Shown here in pieces: positions 21,456-29,638 of a stretch of DNA of 47,822 nucleotides. The stretch's first letter is position 1. Each line of letters starts with the position of its first letter. A program made the position numbers and the translations under genes. A model generated the notes under the pieces. That model was not told the DNA's origin and ran no database searches. It saw nothing but the letters and a program-made list of their open reading frames with translations. The stretch covers positions 1 through 47,822 of the forward strand of contig JACPRB010000064.1 in NCBI GenBank assembly GCA_016190155.1, written 5' to 3'. This stretch comes from Planctomycetota bacterium (GTDB taxonomy: Bacteria > Planctomycetota > MHYJ01 > JACPRB01).

Positions 21456-22795
21456 CGCGCGAGGAGATCAAGGGCCAGATCCTCCACCTCGTCCGGCAAT
21501 ATGCCCAGGTCGATCCGCGACCGTCGTGGCGGCCGGGAGACAAGGTTCCGTATGCCGGCCGCGTGCTCGGCGCCGAGGAGATGATCAACCTCGTCGAGGC
21601 GTCGTTGGAGTGCTGGCTGACGCTGGGCGGATTCGGCGAGCGGTTCGAGAAGGGCCTCGAGACGATGCTCGGCGTGCGCGACGTGATCCTCGTCAACTCC
21701 GGCTCGTCCGCGAATCTCGTCGCCCTGTCGGCGCTGTGTTCGGAGATGCTCAAAGAGCCGCTTCGGCCAGGCGACGAGGTCGTCACGCCCGCCGTCACCT
21801 TCCCCACGACGTTGGCGCCGATCGTCCAGAACGGTCTGATCCCCGTCTTCGTCGATTGCGATCTCGGCACGTACAACGCGAACGTCGAGCAGATCGAGGC
21901 CGCGATCGGGCCGAAGACGCGGGCGATCGTGCTGCCGCACACGCTGGGCAACGTCTTCGACGTGGATCGCGTGTCGGCCGTCGCCAAGAAGGCGGGCGCG
22001 ATGTTCGTCGAGGACACGTGCGACGCGCTGGGGAGCACGTGGAACGGCAAGCCCGTCGGCACGTTCGGCGACTACGGGACGATCAGTTTCTATCCGGCGC
22101 ATCACATCACGATGGGTGAAGGCGGCGCGGTCGTGACGAGCAAGGCGCTGCACGCGCGCGTGGCGCGTTCGGTGCGCGACTGGGGGCGAGACTGTTGGTG
22201 CGATCCGGGCGTCTCCAACACGTGTCAGAAGCGATTCGGTTGGCAGTTGGGGGATCTCCCGAAGGGATACGACCACAAGTACATCTATTCGAACATCGGC
22301 TACAACCTGAAGCCGACGGATCTGCAGGCAGCGGTGGGGCTGGCGCAGCTGGATCGGTTGCCGGAGTTCGTGCGCCGGCGCCGGGCGAACTTCGACCGGC
22401 TCTACGCGGGTCTGAGGGATCTGGAGGAGCATTTCATCCTGCCCGTGTGGGATGCGCGCGCGGAGGTGTCGTGGTTCGCCTTCCCGCTGACGGTGCGTCC
22501 GAAGGCGCCGTTCACGCGCGACGAGGTCGTGCGGCAGCTGGAATCGAAGCAGATCGAGACGCGGATGATCTTTGCGGGTAACGTGCTGCGCCAGCCGGCG
22601 TACCGCAAGATCGCCCGCCGCGTGGTGGGCGAGCTCAGGAACACGGATTTGGTGATGACGAACACGTTCTTCGTGGGGGTGTACCCAGGGCTGACGGACG
22701 CGATGATCGACTATGTCGTCGAGGAGTTCCATGCGTTCGCGCGGGGTCATCGGGCGGCGCCGGCGGCGCTTCCTCCGGTGGAGGGGTTCGAGTAG
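21452..22795 (+). CDS. rfbH: DegT/DnrJ/EryC1/StrS-family PLP/PMP enzyme, RfbH-like (CDP-6-deoxy-4-keto-hexose 3-dehydrase)
   Basis: In ORF track 20822..22795. GTG 21452 (VTREEIKGQILHLVRQYAQ) forms a GTGA overlap with the rfbG stop. Motifs VILVNSGSSANLVALSAL, DTCDALGS, ISFYPAHHITMGEGG. Confidence 0.8.
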   Translation: MTREEIKGQILHLVRQYAQVDPRPSWRPGDKVPYAGRVLGAEEMINLVEASLECWLTLGGFGERFEKGLETMLGVRDVILVNSGSSANLVALSALCSEMLKEPLRPGDEVVTPAVTFPTTLAPIVQNGLIPVFVDCDLGTYNANVEQIEAAIGPKTRAIVLPHTLGNVFDVDRVSAVAKKAGAMFVEDTCDALGSTWNGKPVGTFGDYGTISFYPAHHITMGEGGAVVTSKALHARVARSVRDWGRDCWCDPGVSNTCQKRFGWQLGDLPKGYDHKYIYSNIGYNLKPTDLQAAVGLAQLDRLPEFVRRRRANFDRLYAGLRDLEEHFILPVWDARAEVSWFAFPLTVRPKAPFTRDEVVRQLESKQIETRMIFAGNVLRQPAYRKIARRVVGELRNTDLVMTNTFFVGVYPGLTDAMIDYVVEEFHAFARGHRAAPAALPPVEGFE

Positions 22796-23033
22796 TGCTC
22801 GCGTTCGGATGTCGGCCGTCGTTCGATACTAACCGCGGGCGAGATCCAGGGTATGCTTGATCTCGGGAAGGGCGACCCAGTCAGAACCCCGGACCCATTT
22901 CAGCCGGACTGCGCGGCGCCGGCGGTGGGAAGAGCCTTGGTCTTCGACCGGCCGGCCGTTCCGATCCGACCCCAGCGATACGTTACCTGTCTTTCACGAA
23001 CCTCTATTCGCCGGGGTTCGCTATAATCACGTT

Positions 23034-23267
23034 GTGACGAGAAAAGAGCTGCGAGATCGAGTTCTGGAGCTTCCGCCGGAAGAGCGGGCGCGACTGGCGC
23101 AGGAGATCATGGCAAGTCTTGACGGACCCTCCGAGGACAATGCTTCGGCGGCGTGGGTTTCCGAGATTCAGCGACGTGCACGCGAAGTAAGGATGGGCAT
23201 CGTCAAGCTCGTGAACTGGAAGAACGTTCGATCTCGCATCCGCAAACGCCTCTCGACGAAGCCATAG
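23034..23267 (+). CDS. Antitoxin, putative addiction-module component (Unstab_antitox-like)
   Basis: In ORF track 22857..23267. GTG 23034 (VTRKELRDRVLELPPEERARLAQEIMASL). A perfect TATAAT at 23022..23027 lies 6 nt upstream, suggesting a leaderless or near-leaderless transcript. Confidence 0.7.
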   Translation: MTRKELRDRVLELPPEERARLAQEIMASLDGPSEDNASAAWVSEIQRRAREVRMGIVKLVNWKNVRSRIRKRLSTKP

Positions 23268-23581
23268 TGACTCCTATCCGCTTTCACACGGAGGCGGCTG
23301 AAGAAGCATTGGCGGCAGCCGATTGGTATGAAAGTTGCCGATCCGGGCTCGGGCAGGAGTTCCTCGCTGAGCTCGATCGCGCGATCGCCGTCGTTTCAGA
23401 AATGCCGTTGGTCTGGCCGCACTGGCGCGGAATCGTGAGGCGGTTGGGCATCCGCCAATTCCTGCTCTCACGCTTTCCCTACGGCATGGCCTACGAGCCG
23501 ACGGGTGACGAAGTCGTGGTCTATGCCATCGCTCACTTGGCGAGAAGGCCAGGGTACTGGAGAGAGCAGCTCAGATCGTAG
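23267..23581 (+). CDS. ParE/RelE-superfamily toxin
   Basis: In ORF track 23153..23581. GTG 23267 shares 1 nt with the antitoxin TAG (TAGTG). 104 aa with a typical ParE-like layout (IRFHTEAAEEALAAADWY...FPYGMAYEPTGDEVVVYAIAHLARRPGYW). Confidence 0.7.
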   Translation: MTPIRFHTEAAEEALAAADWYESCRSGLGQEFLAELDRAIAVVSEMPLVWPHWRGIVRRLGIRQFLLSRFPYGMAYEPTGDEVVVYAIAHLARRPGYWREQLRS

Positions 23582-23594
23582 CTGTTCCTCCGCT

Positions 23595-24266
23595 CTACCC
23601 CTCGAAGCGATACCCCACCGCCCGCACGCTCGTGAAATGGCGCGGCCCGAGCTTGCGGCGAAGCTGCGCGATGTGCACGTCCACCGTGCGCGTCACCGGC
23701 GGATCGTCGTAGTGCCAGACCGCGCGCAGGAGCTCCTCGCGCGTCACGACGCAATCTCGACGGCGGACGAGGTAGCGCAGCAGCGCGAACTCGCGGGCGC
23801 TGAGCGTGACGTCCTTGCCCGCCCGCGTGGCCCGCAGGCGCTCGAAATCGACGCGGACGCGCCCAAACTCCACCTCGCGAAGCTCCGCTTCCTCAGGTTT
23901 GACCAGGGCGCGCCGCAGGAGCGCCTTCACGCGCGCGATGAGCTCCGCGATGCCGAAGGGCTTGGTCATGTAGTCGTCCGCGCCGAGCCCAAGACCCAGG
24001 ACCTTGTCGGCCTCCTGCGCCTTGGCCGTGAGCATGAGGATCGGCAGCGCCAGGCGGTCCTCGCGGATGCGTCGGCACACCTCGAATCCGTCCAGCCGCG
24101 GCAATCGCACGTCGAGAACGACGAGATCCACGGCCTCGCCCAATGCCAGGCGCAACCCGGCCTCGCCGTCCGCGGCGGCCAGTACGTCGAAGCCCTCCAG
24201 CCGAAGGACGTCGGCGACGCCCTTGGCGATCGCGCGGTCGTCTTCGACGATCAGGATGCGCGCCAT
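23595..24266 (-). CDS. OmpR/PhoB-family DNA-binding response regulator
   Basis: C-terminal 223 aa of ORF track 23595..25028, from ATG 24266 (MARILIVEDDRAIAKG). Receiver Asp context VVLDVRLPRLDG. Winged-helix output (REFALLRYL...VDVHIAQLRRKL...GYRFEG). Overlaps the kinase stop by 16 nt. Confidence 0.92.
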   Translation of the reverse strand: MARILIVEDDRAIAKGVADVLRLEGFDVLAAADGEAGLRLALGEAVDLVVLDVRLPRLDGFEVCRRIREDRLALPILMLTAKAQEADKVLGLGLGADDYMTKPFGIAELIARVKALLRRALVKPEEAELREVEFGRVRVDFERLRATRAGKDVTLSAREFALLRYLVRRRDCVVTREELLRAVWHYDDPPVTRTVDVHIAQLRRKLGPRHFTSVRAVGYRFEG

Positions 24267-25975
24267 AGCGGGATCTCGATGATGAACGTGCTGCCGCGGC
24301 CGGGGACGCTCTCGACGCGGGCGCGGCCGTTGTGGGCTTCGAGGATCTGCCGGACGATGGCCAAGCCCAGGCCCGTGCCGGGAACCTGAATCGTCAAGGG
24401 GTTCGTCCCACGGTAGAACTTCTCGAAGAGGAGCGGCTGGTCCTTGGGGTCGATGCCCGAGCCTCGATCGCGCACCTCGATGCGGGCGGTGTTGCCGGAT
24501 GCGGCGAGCGTCACCTCGGCCGCGCGCTCGTCCGGGGCGTACTTGACGGCGTTGTCGAAGAGGTTGTGGAGGGCCTGTTCCAGGGCTTCCGCGTCGACGC
24601 CGGCGCGCACGGGCTCGGGCGGCGGGCGGAAGGCGATCTCGAATTCGCGGGCCGGCCGGAAGCGCCGGATGGCGTCGGCGACGACCTCCCGCAGGTCGCG
24701 CGGCTCGAACGAGTACACCGGCTGGTGGCGCTCCAGGCGCGCGAAGTCGAGGACGCGCTCCACGAGGCGGGCCAGGCGTAAGGCCTCCTGTTGGAGGAGT
24801 TCCGCGTACTCGCGCCGGCGGGGCTCGTCGAGGTCGGGCCGGACCACGAGTTCCGAGAACATGCGCACGGAGGTGAGCGGCGTGCGCAGCTCGTGTGAGA
24901 CGCCGGAGACGAAGTCGCTCTTGAGCTGCGCCAGCCGCAGCTCGCGATTGAGGGCGCGCAGCGTGGCGACGAGGCCGAGGGCCATCGCGACGACAAGGAG
25001 GATGACGAATCCCGCGAGGAGGCCCCAACCGGATGATCGGTGGGATGGGGTGATCGCGGCCGTGACGCGCAGGCCGTCGATGACGGGCGCTTCGAAGTCC
25101 GTCGCGGGGCCGGCCGGCGAGAGGTCGAACGTCACGTGGCCGAGGCGCGCGATCTCTTCGAGGCGACGGCGCACCGGCTCGCGCGGGATTGCGTCAGGGC
25201 GGACGATGCAGAGCGTTGAGTCGCGTTTGAAGGCGACCCAGGATTCGAACCAGGCGATTTCGGCCGCGGGGTTATCGCGGGCCCAGGCGAGGGCGCGCAG
25301 GGCGGCGGAGGCGCGTTCGAGGCGATCGCTCACGTCCGTGCCCAGCGCCTGCAGGCGTCGCAGGACGACGACCTCGGTCGCGGGGTCCGGCAGGGGCGCG
25401 GCGAGCACGTCTTGACGCAGGTCTTCGCCGAGCTCGATGAGGTGGAGTCGGGCGGAGACGGCGACGGGGATGCCGGACTCGCCGATCGCGGGCTCGCGGG
25501 CGAGGTCTTGCAGGAGCGGGCGTGCGGTGGCGGCATCGCCGGCCTTGACGGTGCAGCGGGCGGCGCGGAAAAGGAGGCGCACGCGGGTTGCGTCGTGATC
25601 CACGTTTGAGGCGAGTTCGCGGTAGAGGGGCAGCGCTTTCGCGGGCGCGTGCTGGCGGAACTCCAGGGCCTCGGCGCGGTTCAGGAGCGAGGTCAGGTCG
25701 GGCCGTTCACGCGCGAGGGCGGTCTGGAGGTCTACGGGCTCGGGCGGGGGTTCGGAGACGACGTGCGCCTCGGGGTGATCTTTGAGCCACGATTCCAGAT
25801 CGGCGCGGATCTCGGAGGCGGCGAGGCGGACGAAGGAGCGGGCCTGCTCGGTGGCGTTCGCCTGGCGGATGAGGTCCTCGGCGCGGATGGCGCGGAACCC
25901 GAGCGCCGCGAGGGCGGCGCCGGGCAGGAGGATCGCCAGCGCGAACGTCGTCAGCAGGCGGGTCTTGCGGCTCAT
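24251..25975 (-). CDS. Sensor histidine kinase (HisKA + HATPase_c) with periplasmic sensor region
   Basis: 574 aa. H-box FVSGVSHELRTPLTSV, N-box LHNLFDNAVKYAP, G-boxes VRDRGSGI and GTGLGLAIV. Two TM segments flank a sensor region of about 300 aa. Confidence 0.92.
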   Translation of the reverse strand: MSRKTRLLTTFALAILLPGAALAALGFRAIRAEDLIRQANATEQARSFVRLAASEIRADLESWLKDHPEAHVVSEPPPEPVDLQTALARERPDLTSLLNRAEALEFRQHAPAKALPLYRELASNVDHDATRVRLLFRAARCTVKAGDAATARPLLQDLAREPAIGESGIPVAVSARLHLIELGEDLRQDVLAAPLPDPATEVVVLRRLQALGTDVSDRLERASAALRALAWARDNPAAEIAWFESWVAFKRDSTLCIVRPDAIPREPVRRRLEEIARLGHVTFDLSPAGPATDFEAPVIDGLRVTAAITPSHRSSGWGLLAGFVILLVVAMALGLVATLRALNRELRLAQLKSDFVSGVSHELRTPLTSVRMFSELVVRPDLDEPRRREYAELLQQEALRLARLVERVLDFARLERHQPVYSFEPRDLREVVADAIRRFRPAREFEIAFRPPPEPVRAGVDAEALEQALHNLFDNAVKYAPDERAAEVTLAASGNTARIEVRDRGSGIDPKDQPLLFEKFYRGTNPLTIQVPGTGLGLAIVRQILEAHNGRARVESVPGRGSTFIIEIPLWRAS

Positions 25976-25979
25976 GGGG

Positions 25980-28082
25980 CTACTTCTGATCTCGCTTCTT
26001 CAGATCCTCGTACCATTTTCGCCACTCTTGTTGCTTGTCGAAATGAGCGCGGATCTTCGTGAGGGCCTGGGTGGCGGCCGCGCGGACTTCTTGGTCGGGC
26101 GATTGGAGCAGGTCGATGAGAGGCGGTATCGCTGCGGCGGAGGGGGCGGCGCCCAACATGTAGGCGGCCTGTTGGCGGTTGAAGGGCTCCGGATCCTTGA
26201 GAGCCTCTATGAGCAGTGGGATGGCGTCGGGGTCGGCCAAATATGAGCAATGACAGAGAGCACGATATCGAATCCCCTCGTCGGGATCGTGCACCGCGAC
26301 CTTCGCAGCTTCGTTCAGGGTTGCGTCACGTACGCCGTACAGCTCAACAAAGAGACGGACGCGGGCAAGCCGCGAACCCGACTTGAGAACGGGGCCCGTC
26401 TCCTTGAGCGCCCTTGTGCGCTCGTCCGAAGCGGCCGACTTGACGGTGTCGGCGAAGAGTCTCACCGCCTTTTGCACAAGAGGGTCCTCTCCCATGCCGA
26501 GCAGGAAGCCGCCGATCTTGAGACGTTCTGTTGCCGCCTCGGGGTGCTGCAGCACCTTGAGGGCATGCCCGCGTGTCTCCTTGCGGGCGAGGGCGCGCAA
26601 GGCGGCCTGGAAGTAGCGCTTCTGTACTGGAGGGTCCAGTTTCTCTGCGTCAACTTCGTGGTCGAGAGCGACATTGAGGACCAAGTCCAAGTCCGCGGAA
26701 TCGGGGGGCAGGCGGGTTGGCAGATACGTTGCCGCCCTGTAAAGTACATCCGCATTTGCGTTCGGATCCGAGGCGAACTTCTTGAGATAACTCAGGTAGT
26801 ACGTTGTGAGCACGTGCTGCTGCGGTTCGGATAGTTTGAAGTTTCCGATGTGGGACAAGATCTGGAGCTTGACGTCTTCCGCGGTGTCGCCGGAGGCGAG
26901 GATCTCGAACGTGAAGTCCTGTAAGCCCCCGATCCGCAGTTCCTCAACGCCTTCGATGACACTGATACGCGTCCCTGCATTCGGGTTTTTCAGCCACGAA
27001 GAGACGAGGCCCTTAAGGAACGAGGTCGGGGTCATATGATAGGCCAAGAGGGCGAGAGAGTTGTCTGGACCTGATTCAAGGAAAGGCCCCGCGACTTCCG
27101 GATGGGCCAAGGCGGTCAGCAAGACCTTCGAGAGGGCCTCTCGTGCGGCATCGTCGAGTTCCATGAGAGATTGGTCCGTACCCTTGAGGAGATACAGGAG
27201 CTTGGAATACTGCGGTTTCTCCCGGTGGGTCAGTCGCGGAATGAGACGAGCCAAGTGCGACGCATTCGCGCCGCAATACCAGGCTTTGGCGAGATCAGAG
27301 TCATCTTCGGCGACGATTCGATCTTCGAGTGCGGCGGAGTAGGCTGAGTCCTGCATCAGGCCGCTGTACAGCGTAGCCATTGTTTTCAACTGATAGGCGG
27401 AGAACCGGCTCAGCGATGCCGCGTAATGGGGGCGGGCCTCAGGGCGGGCGCGCAGCAGTTCGGCGAAAGCCTGGCGGTCGGGATCTCCAAAGAGCTTTTT
27501 CTCGAAGGCGCGCACGAACACTGGGCATAGTCCCTCGTACTGCTCGAGCTCCAGGAGCACGCGAGCCGCTCCCATGCTCAGCGCAACATCCTTGTGCTGC
27601 GATGCCCGCCGGAGATCCGGCAGGACGGACTCGCCGATGAGCGTGAGCCGGCGAATGGCGTTTTCACGTTTCTTGAAATCTCTATCGGCCAAATCGAGGA
27701 TGAGCCGCGGCACCTCCGTCTCCAGCGGCACGGCGGCCGCGGGCTCCTTGCCTTCCAGCACGGCCAGCCGGCCGCGCGCTAAACGCACCGTCTCCTCCTG
27801 GGCCGGGAAGCGCTCGATCACGTCGCGGTACGCCTGCTCCGCATCCTGCTTGCGGCCGAGCTTCTCATGGCAGTGCCCTTGGCGGAAGCGCGCGCGGGCC
27901 TTGAGCGCGGGGTCGGCGCCGCCCTGGAGCGCCTTCGCGTAGTGCTCGATCGCCTTCTCAAGATTCCCTTGGTCCACTTCTTCGTAGAGGCCTTCCCGAT
28001 ACGAGACGGCCGGATCGTTCTGAACGGCCAACGCCATCAACCCAAGCGCGATCGCGATCATAAGGTTCCTCCTGATTCGCAC
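25980..28082 (-). CDS. Secreted TPR + HEAT-repeat protein co-transcribed with the two-component system
   Basis: 700-aa ORF (the track start is GTG 28082). ATG 28061 is preceded by AGGAGG (28068..28073 on the complement) at 6-nt spacing and is the likelier start. N-terminal TPR-like helices, and C-terminal PBS-lyase-type HEAT repeats (IPLLIEALKDPEPFNRQQAAYMLG, IPPLIDLLQSPDQEVRAAATQAL). Its stop lies 4 nt before the kinase ATG. Confidence 0.75.
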   Translation of the reverse strand: MRIRRNLMIAIALGLMALAVQNDPAVSYREGLYEEVDQGNLEKAIEHYAKALQGGADPALKARARFRQGHCHEKLGRKQDAEQAYRDVIERFPAQEETVRLARGRLAVLEGKEPAAAVPLETEVPRLILDLADRDFKKRENAIRRLTLIGESVLPDLRRASQHKDVALSMGAARVLLELEQYEGLCPVFVRAFEKKLFGDPDRQAFAELLRARPEARPHYAASLSRFSAYQLKTMATLYSGLMQDSAYSAALEDRIVAEDDSDLAKAWYCGANASHLARLIPRLTHREKPQYSKLLYLLKGTDQSLMELDDAAREALSKVLLTALAHPEVAGPFLESGPDNSLALLAYHMTPTSFLKGLVSSWLKNPNAGTRISVIEGVEELRIGGLQDFTFEILASGDTAEDVKLQILSHIGNFKLSEPQQHVLTTYYLSYLKKFASDPNANADVLYRAATYLPTRLPPDSADLDLVLNVALDHEVDAEKLDPPVQKRYFQAALRALARKETRGHALKVLQHPEAATERLKIGGFLLGMGEDPLVQKAVRLFADTVKSAASDERTRALKETGPVLKSGSRLARVRLFVELYGVRDATLNEAAKVAVHDPDEGIRYRALCHCSYLADPDAIPLLIEALKDPEPFNRQQAAYMLGAAPSAAAIPPLIDLLQSPDQEVRAAATQALTKIRAHFDKQQEWRKWYEDLKKRDQK

Positions 28083-28142
28083 CCCACTCTACGCCGCCGC
28101 GCCGCGGAACCGTGTCAGGCGGGCGTCAATATTGTGTAAGAG

Positions 28143-29141
28143 TTATGTAAGCGACTCCAGGATGCCCTTGAGCTTGGCGTAGGCGATCTGCAGCGAGAAC
28201 TCCGCCTCCACCGTGCGACGCCCCGCCCGACCCAGTCGCTCGCGCAGGGCCGCGTCGGAGGCGAGGCGGTCGATCGCCGCGCGCCACTCGTCGATCGTCC
28301 GCGCGACGAGGCCGTTCTCGCCGTCGCGGATCACCGACTCGACGGCGCCCAACCGCGACGCGACCACCGGCACGCCGGCGGCGAGATAGTAGAGGATCTT
28401 GAAGGGCATCTTGCCGCGCGCCCACGGATCGTCCGCCAGCGGCGCGACGGCGATGTCGAATGTGCGTACGTGTGTGGGTTCGGTCGCGAAATCCCATTTG
28501 ATGAATTCGACGTCGACGCCGTCGAGCGTGATCGGCTCATCCGTGACGATTCTCAGGCGGCGGCCCGCGAGCGCGGGCGCGATCGTGCGCAGGAGGGGCA
28601 GATTGCCGGCGCTGCCGAGCCAGCCGATCGTGCGGCCGTCGCCGGGGCCCTCGCGCGGGATCCAGCGCGAGAGGTCGACCGACGTCGGGACGAAATGCGG
28701 CTGTGGGCAGCCATGTTCACGCGCCATCTCGAGGAGGCCGGGGTTGCTCGCGACGACCGCGTCCGCCGCCGTCAGCACAGCACGGAACCGGCGCACGCGC
28801 GTCGACGAGAGCGAGACGACGTCGCCTTTGCGGCTGTAGATCATCGGGTCGTCGAAATCGTAGACGAGCCGGCGGGCGTGACGGCGCAGGACCTTGAGCT
28901 GCCACACGGGCAGGAGCCGCTTCTGATGGAGGACGACGTCGAACGCGCGGGCGTGCCGGAAGAGGGCCCATCGCGCCATGAGGCCATCGGGCAGATCGAC
29001 GCGCTCGACCTCGATGCCGTCGCGCGCGAAGAGGGGCAGCATCTGCAGGACGCGGTACTTGGTGCTGGGCGTCTCGGGGGAGTGGCTGATGATGAGCAGC
29101 CGCACGGGGGGATGATAACCGGGGTCCCTTCGCCGGATCAA
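28143..29141 (-). CDS. Glycosyltransferase family 4 (GT-B, group 1)
   Basis: 332 aa. C-terminal GT1 signature (VAPLADDPWARGKMPFKILYYLAAGVPVVASRLGAVESVIRDGENGLV). The start is TTG 29141 or GTG 29105 (VRLLIISHS). Confidence 0.8.
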   Translation of the reverse strand: MIRRRDPGYHPPVRLLIISHSPETPSTKYRVLQMLPLFARDGIEVERVDLPDGLMARWALFRHARAFDVVLHQKRLLPVWQLKVLRRHARRLVYDFDDPMIYSRKGDVVSLSSTRVRRFRAVLTAADAVVASNPGLLEMAREHGCPQPHFVPTSVDLSRWIPREGPGDGRTIGWLGSAGNLPLLRTIAPALAGRRLRIVTDEPITLDGVDVEFIKWDFATEPTHVRTFDIAVAPLADDPWARGKMPFKILYYLAAGVPVVASRLGAVESVIRDGENGLVARTIDEWRAAIDRLASDAALRERLGRAGRRTVEAEFSLQIAYAKLKGILESLT

Positions 29142-29182
29142 TGATCCCGCCGGTCGCGTTCATGGTGGGCCGCGCGCGACAC

Positions 29183-29617
29183 CTACCGCAGTAGCTCGCC
29201 GCACCAGGCGCGCACTTCCGGGGAGATGAACGTGAAGGCCGCCCAAGCCGTCATGGCGAACGCCAGGAACGCAAGGAAGGCCAAGGCGGACCGATCGGCC
29301 AGCTGGAGCGTCACCGTCAGATAGCCGAAGCCCAGCGCCATCAGCGCGTACATTCCCGCCAGGAAGAGCCGGGCCCACGATCGCCGCAGCAGGAACGCCA
29401 CGCCGAACGTGGCCATCGCGACGGCGCACACAAGATAGAGCAAGGCGAAGTACCGATGGTGGGGTGGAGCCGCCAGCAAGGCGATCGATCCGAAGAAGGC
29501 GAAGATCACGCCGACCACCGCCTGGAGCAAAGCCAGCACCCTGGCGCGTCCGACCGGATCGAGCAGATCCTCAAGCGCCGGCCCGCCGTCCACGCGAGAG
29601 CGCCTGGGGATGAACAT
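29183..29617 (-). CDS. Hypothetical small membrane protein (about 4 TM helices)
   Basis: 144-aa hydrophobic ORF between the acyl-CoA dehydrogenase and GT4 genes on the same strand. No recognisable motif. Confidence 0.5.
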   Translation of the reverse strand: MFIPRRSRVDGGPALEDLLDPVGRARVLALLQAVVGVIFAFFGSIALLAAPPHHRYFALLYLVCAVAMATFGVAFLLRRSWARLFLAGMYALMALGFGYLTVTLQLADRSALAFLAFLAFAMTAWAAFTFISPEVRAWCGELLR

Positions 29618-29638
29618 GCTTCTCCTACGCCGCCCGCC

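Noticed and set aside
22796-23033. A 238-nt gap after rfbH, considered for a small RNA, a riboswitch, or the upstream part of ORF 22857..23267.
   Set aside because: No convincing stem-loops or conserved-looking motif were seen by eye. The upstream part of that ORF is Arg/Pro-rich, and the antitoxin domain starts at GTG 23034 right after a TATAAT box.
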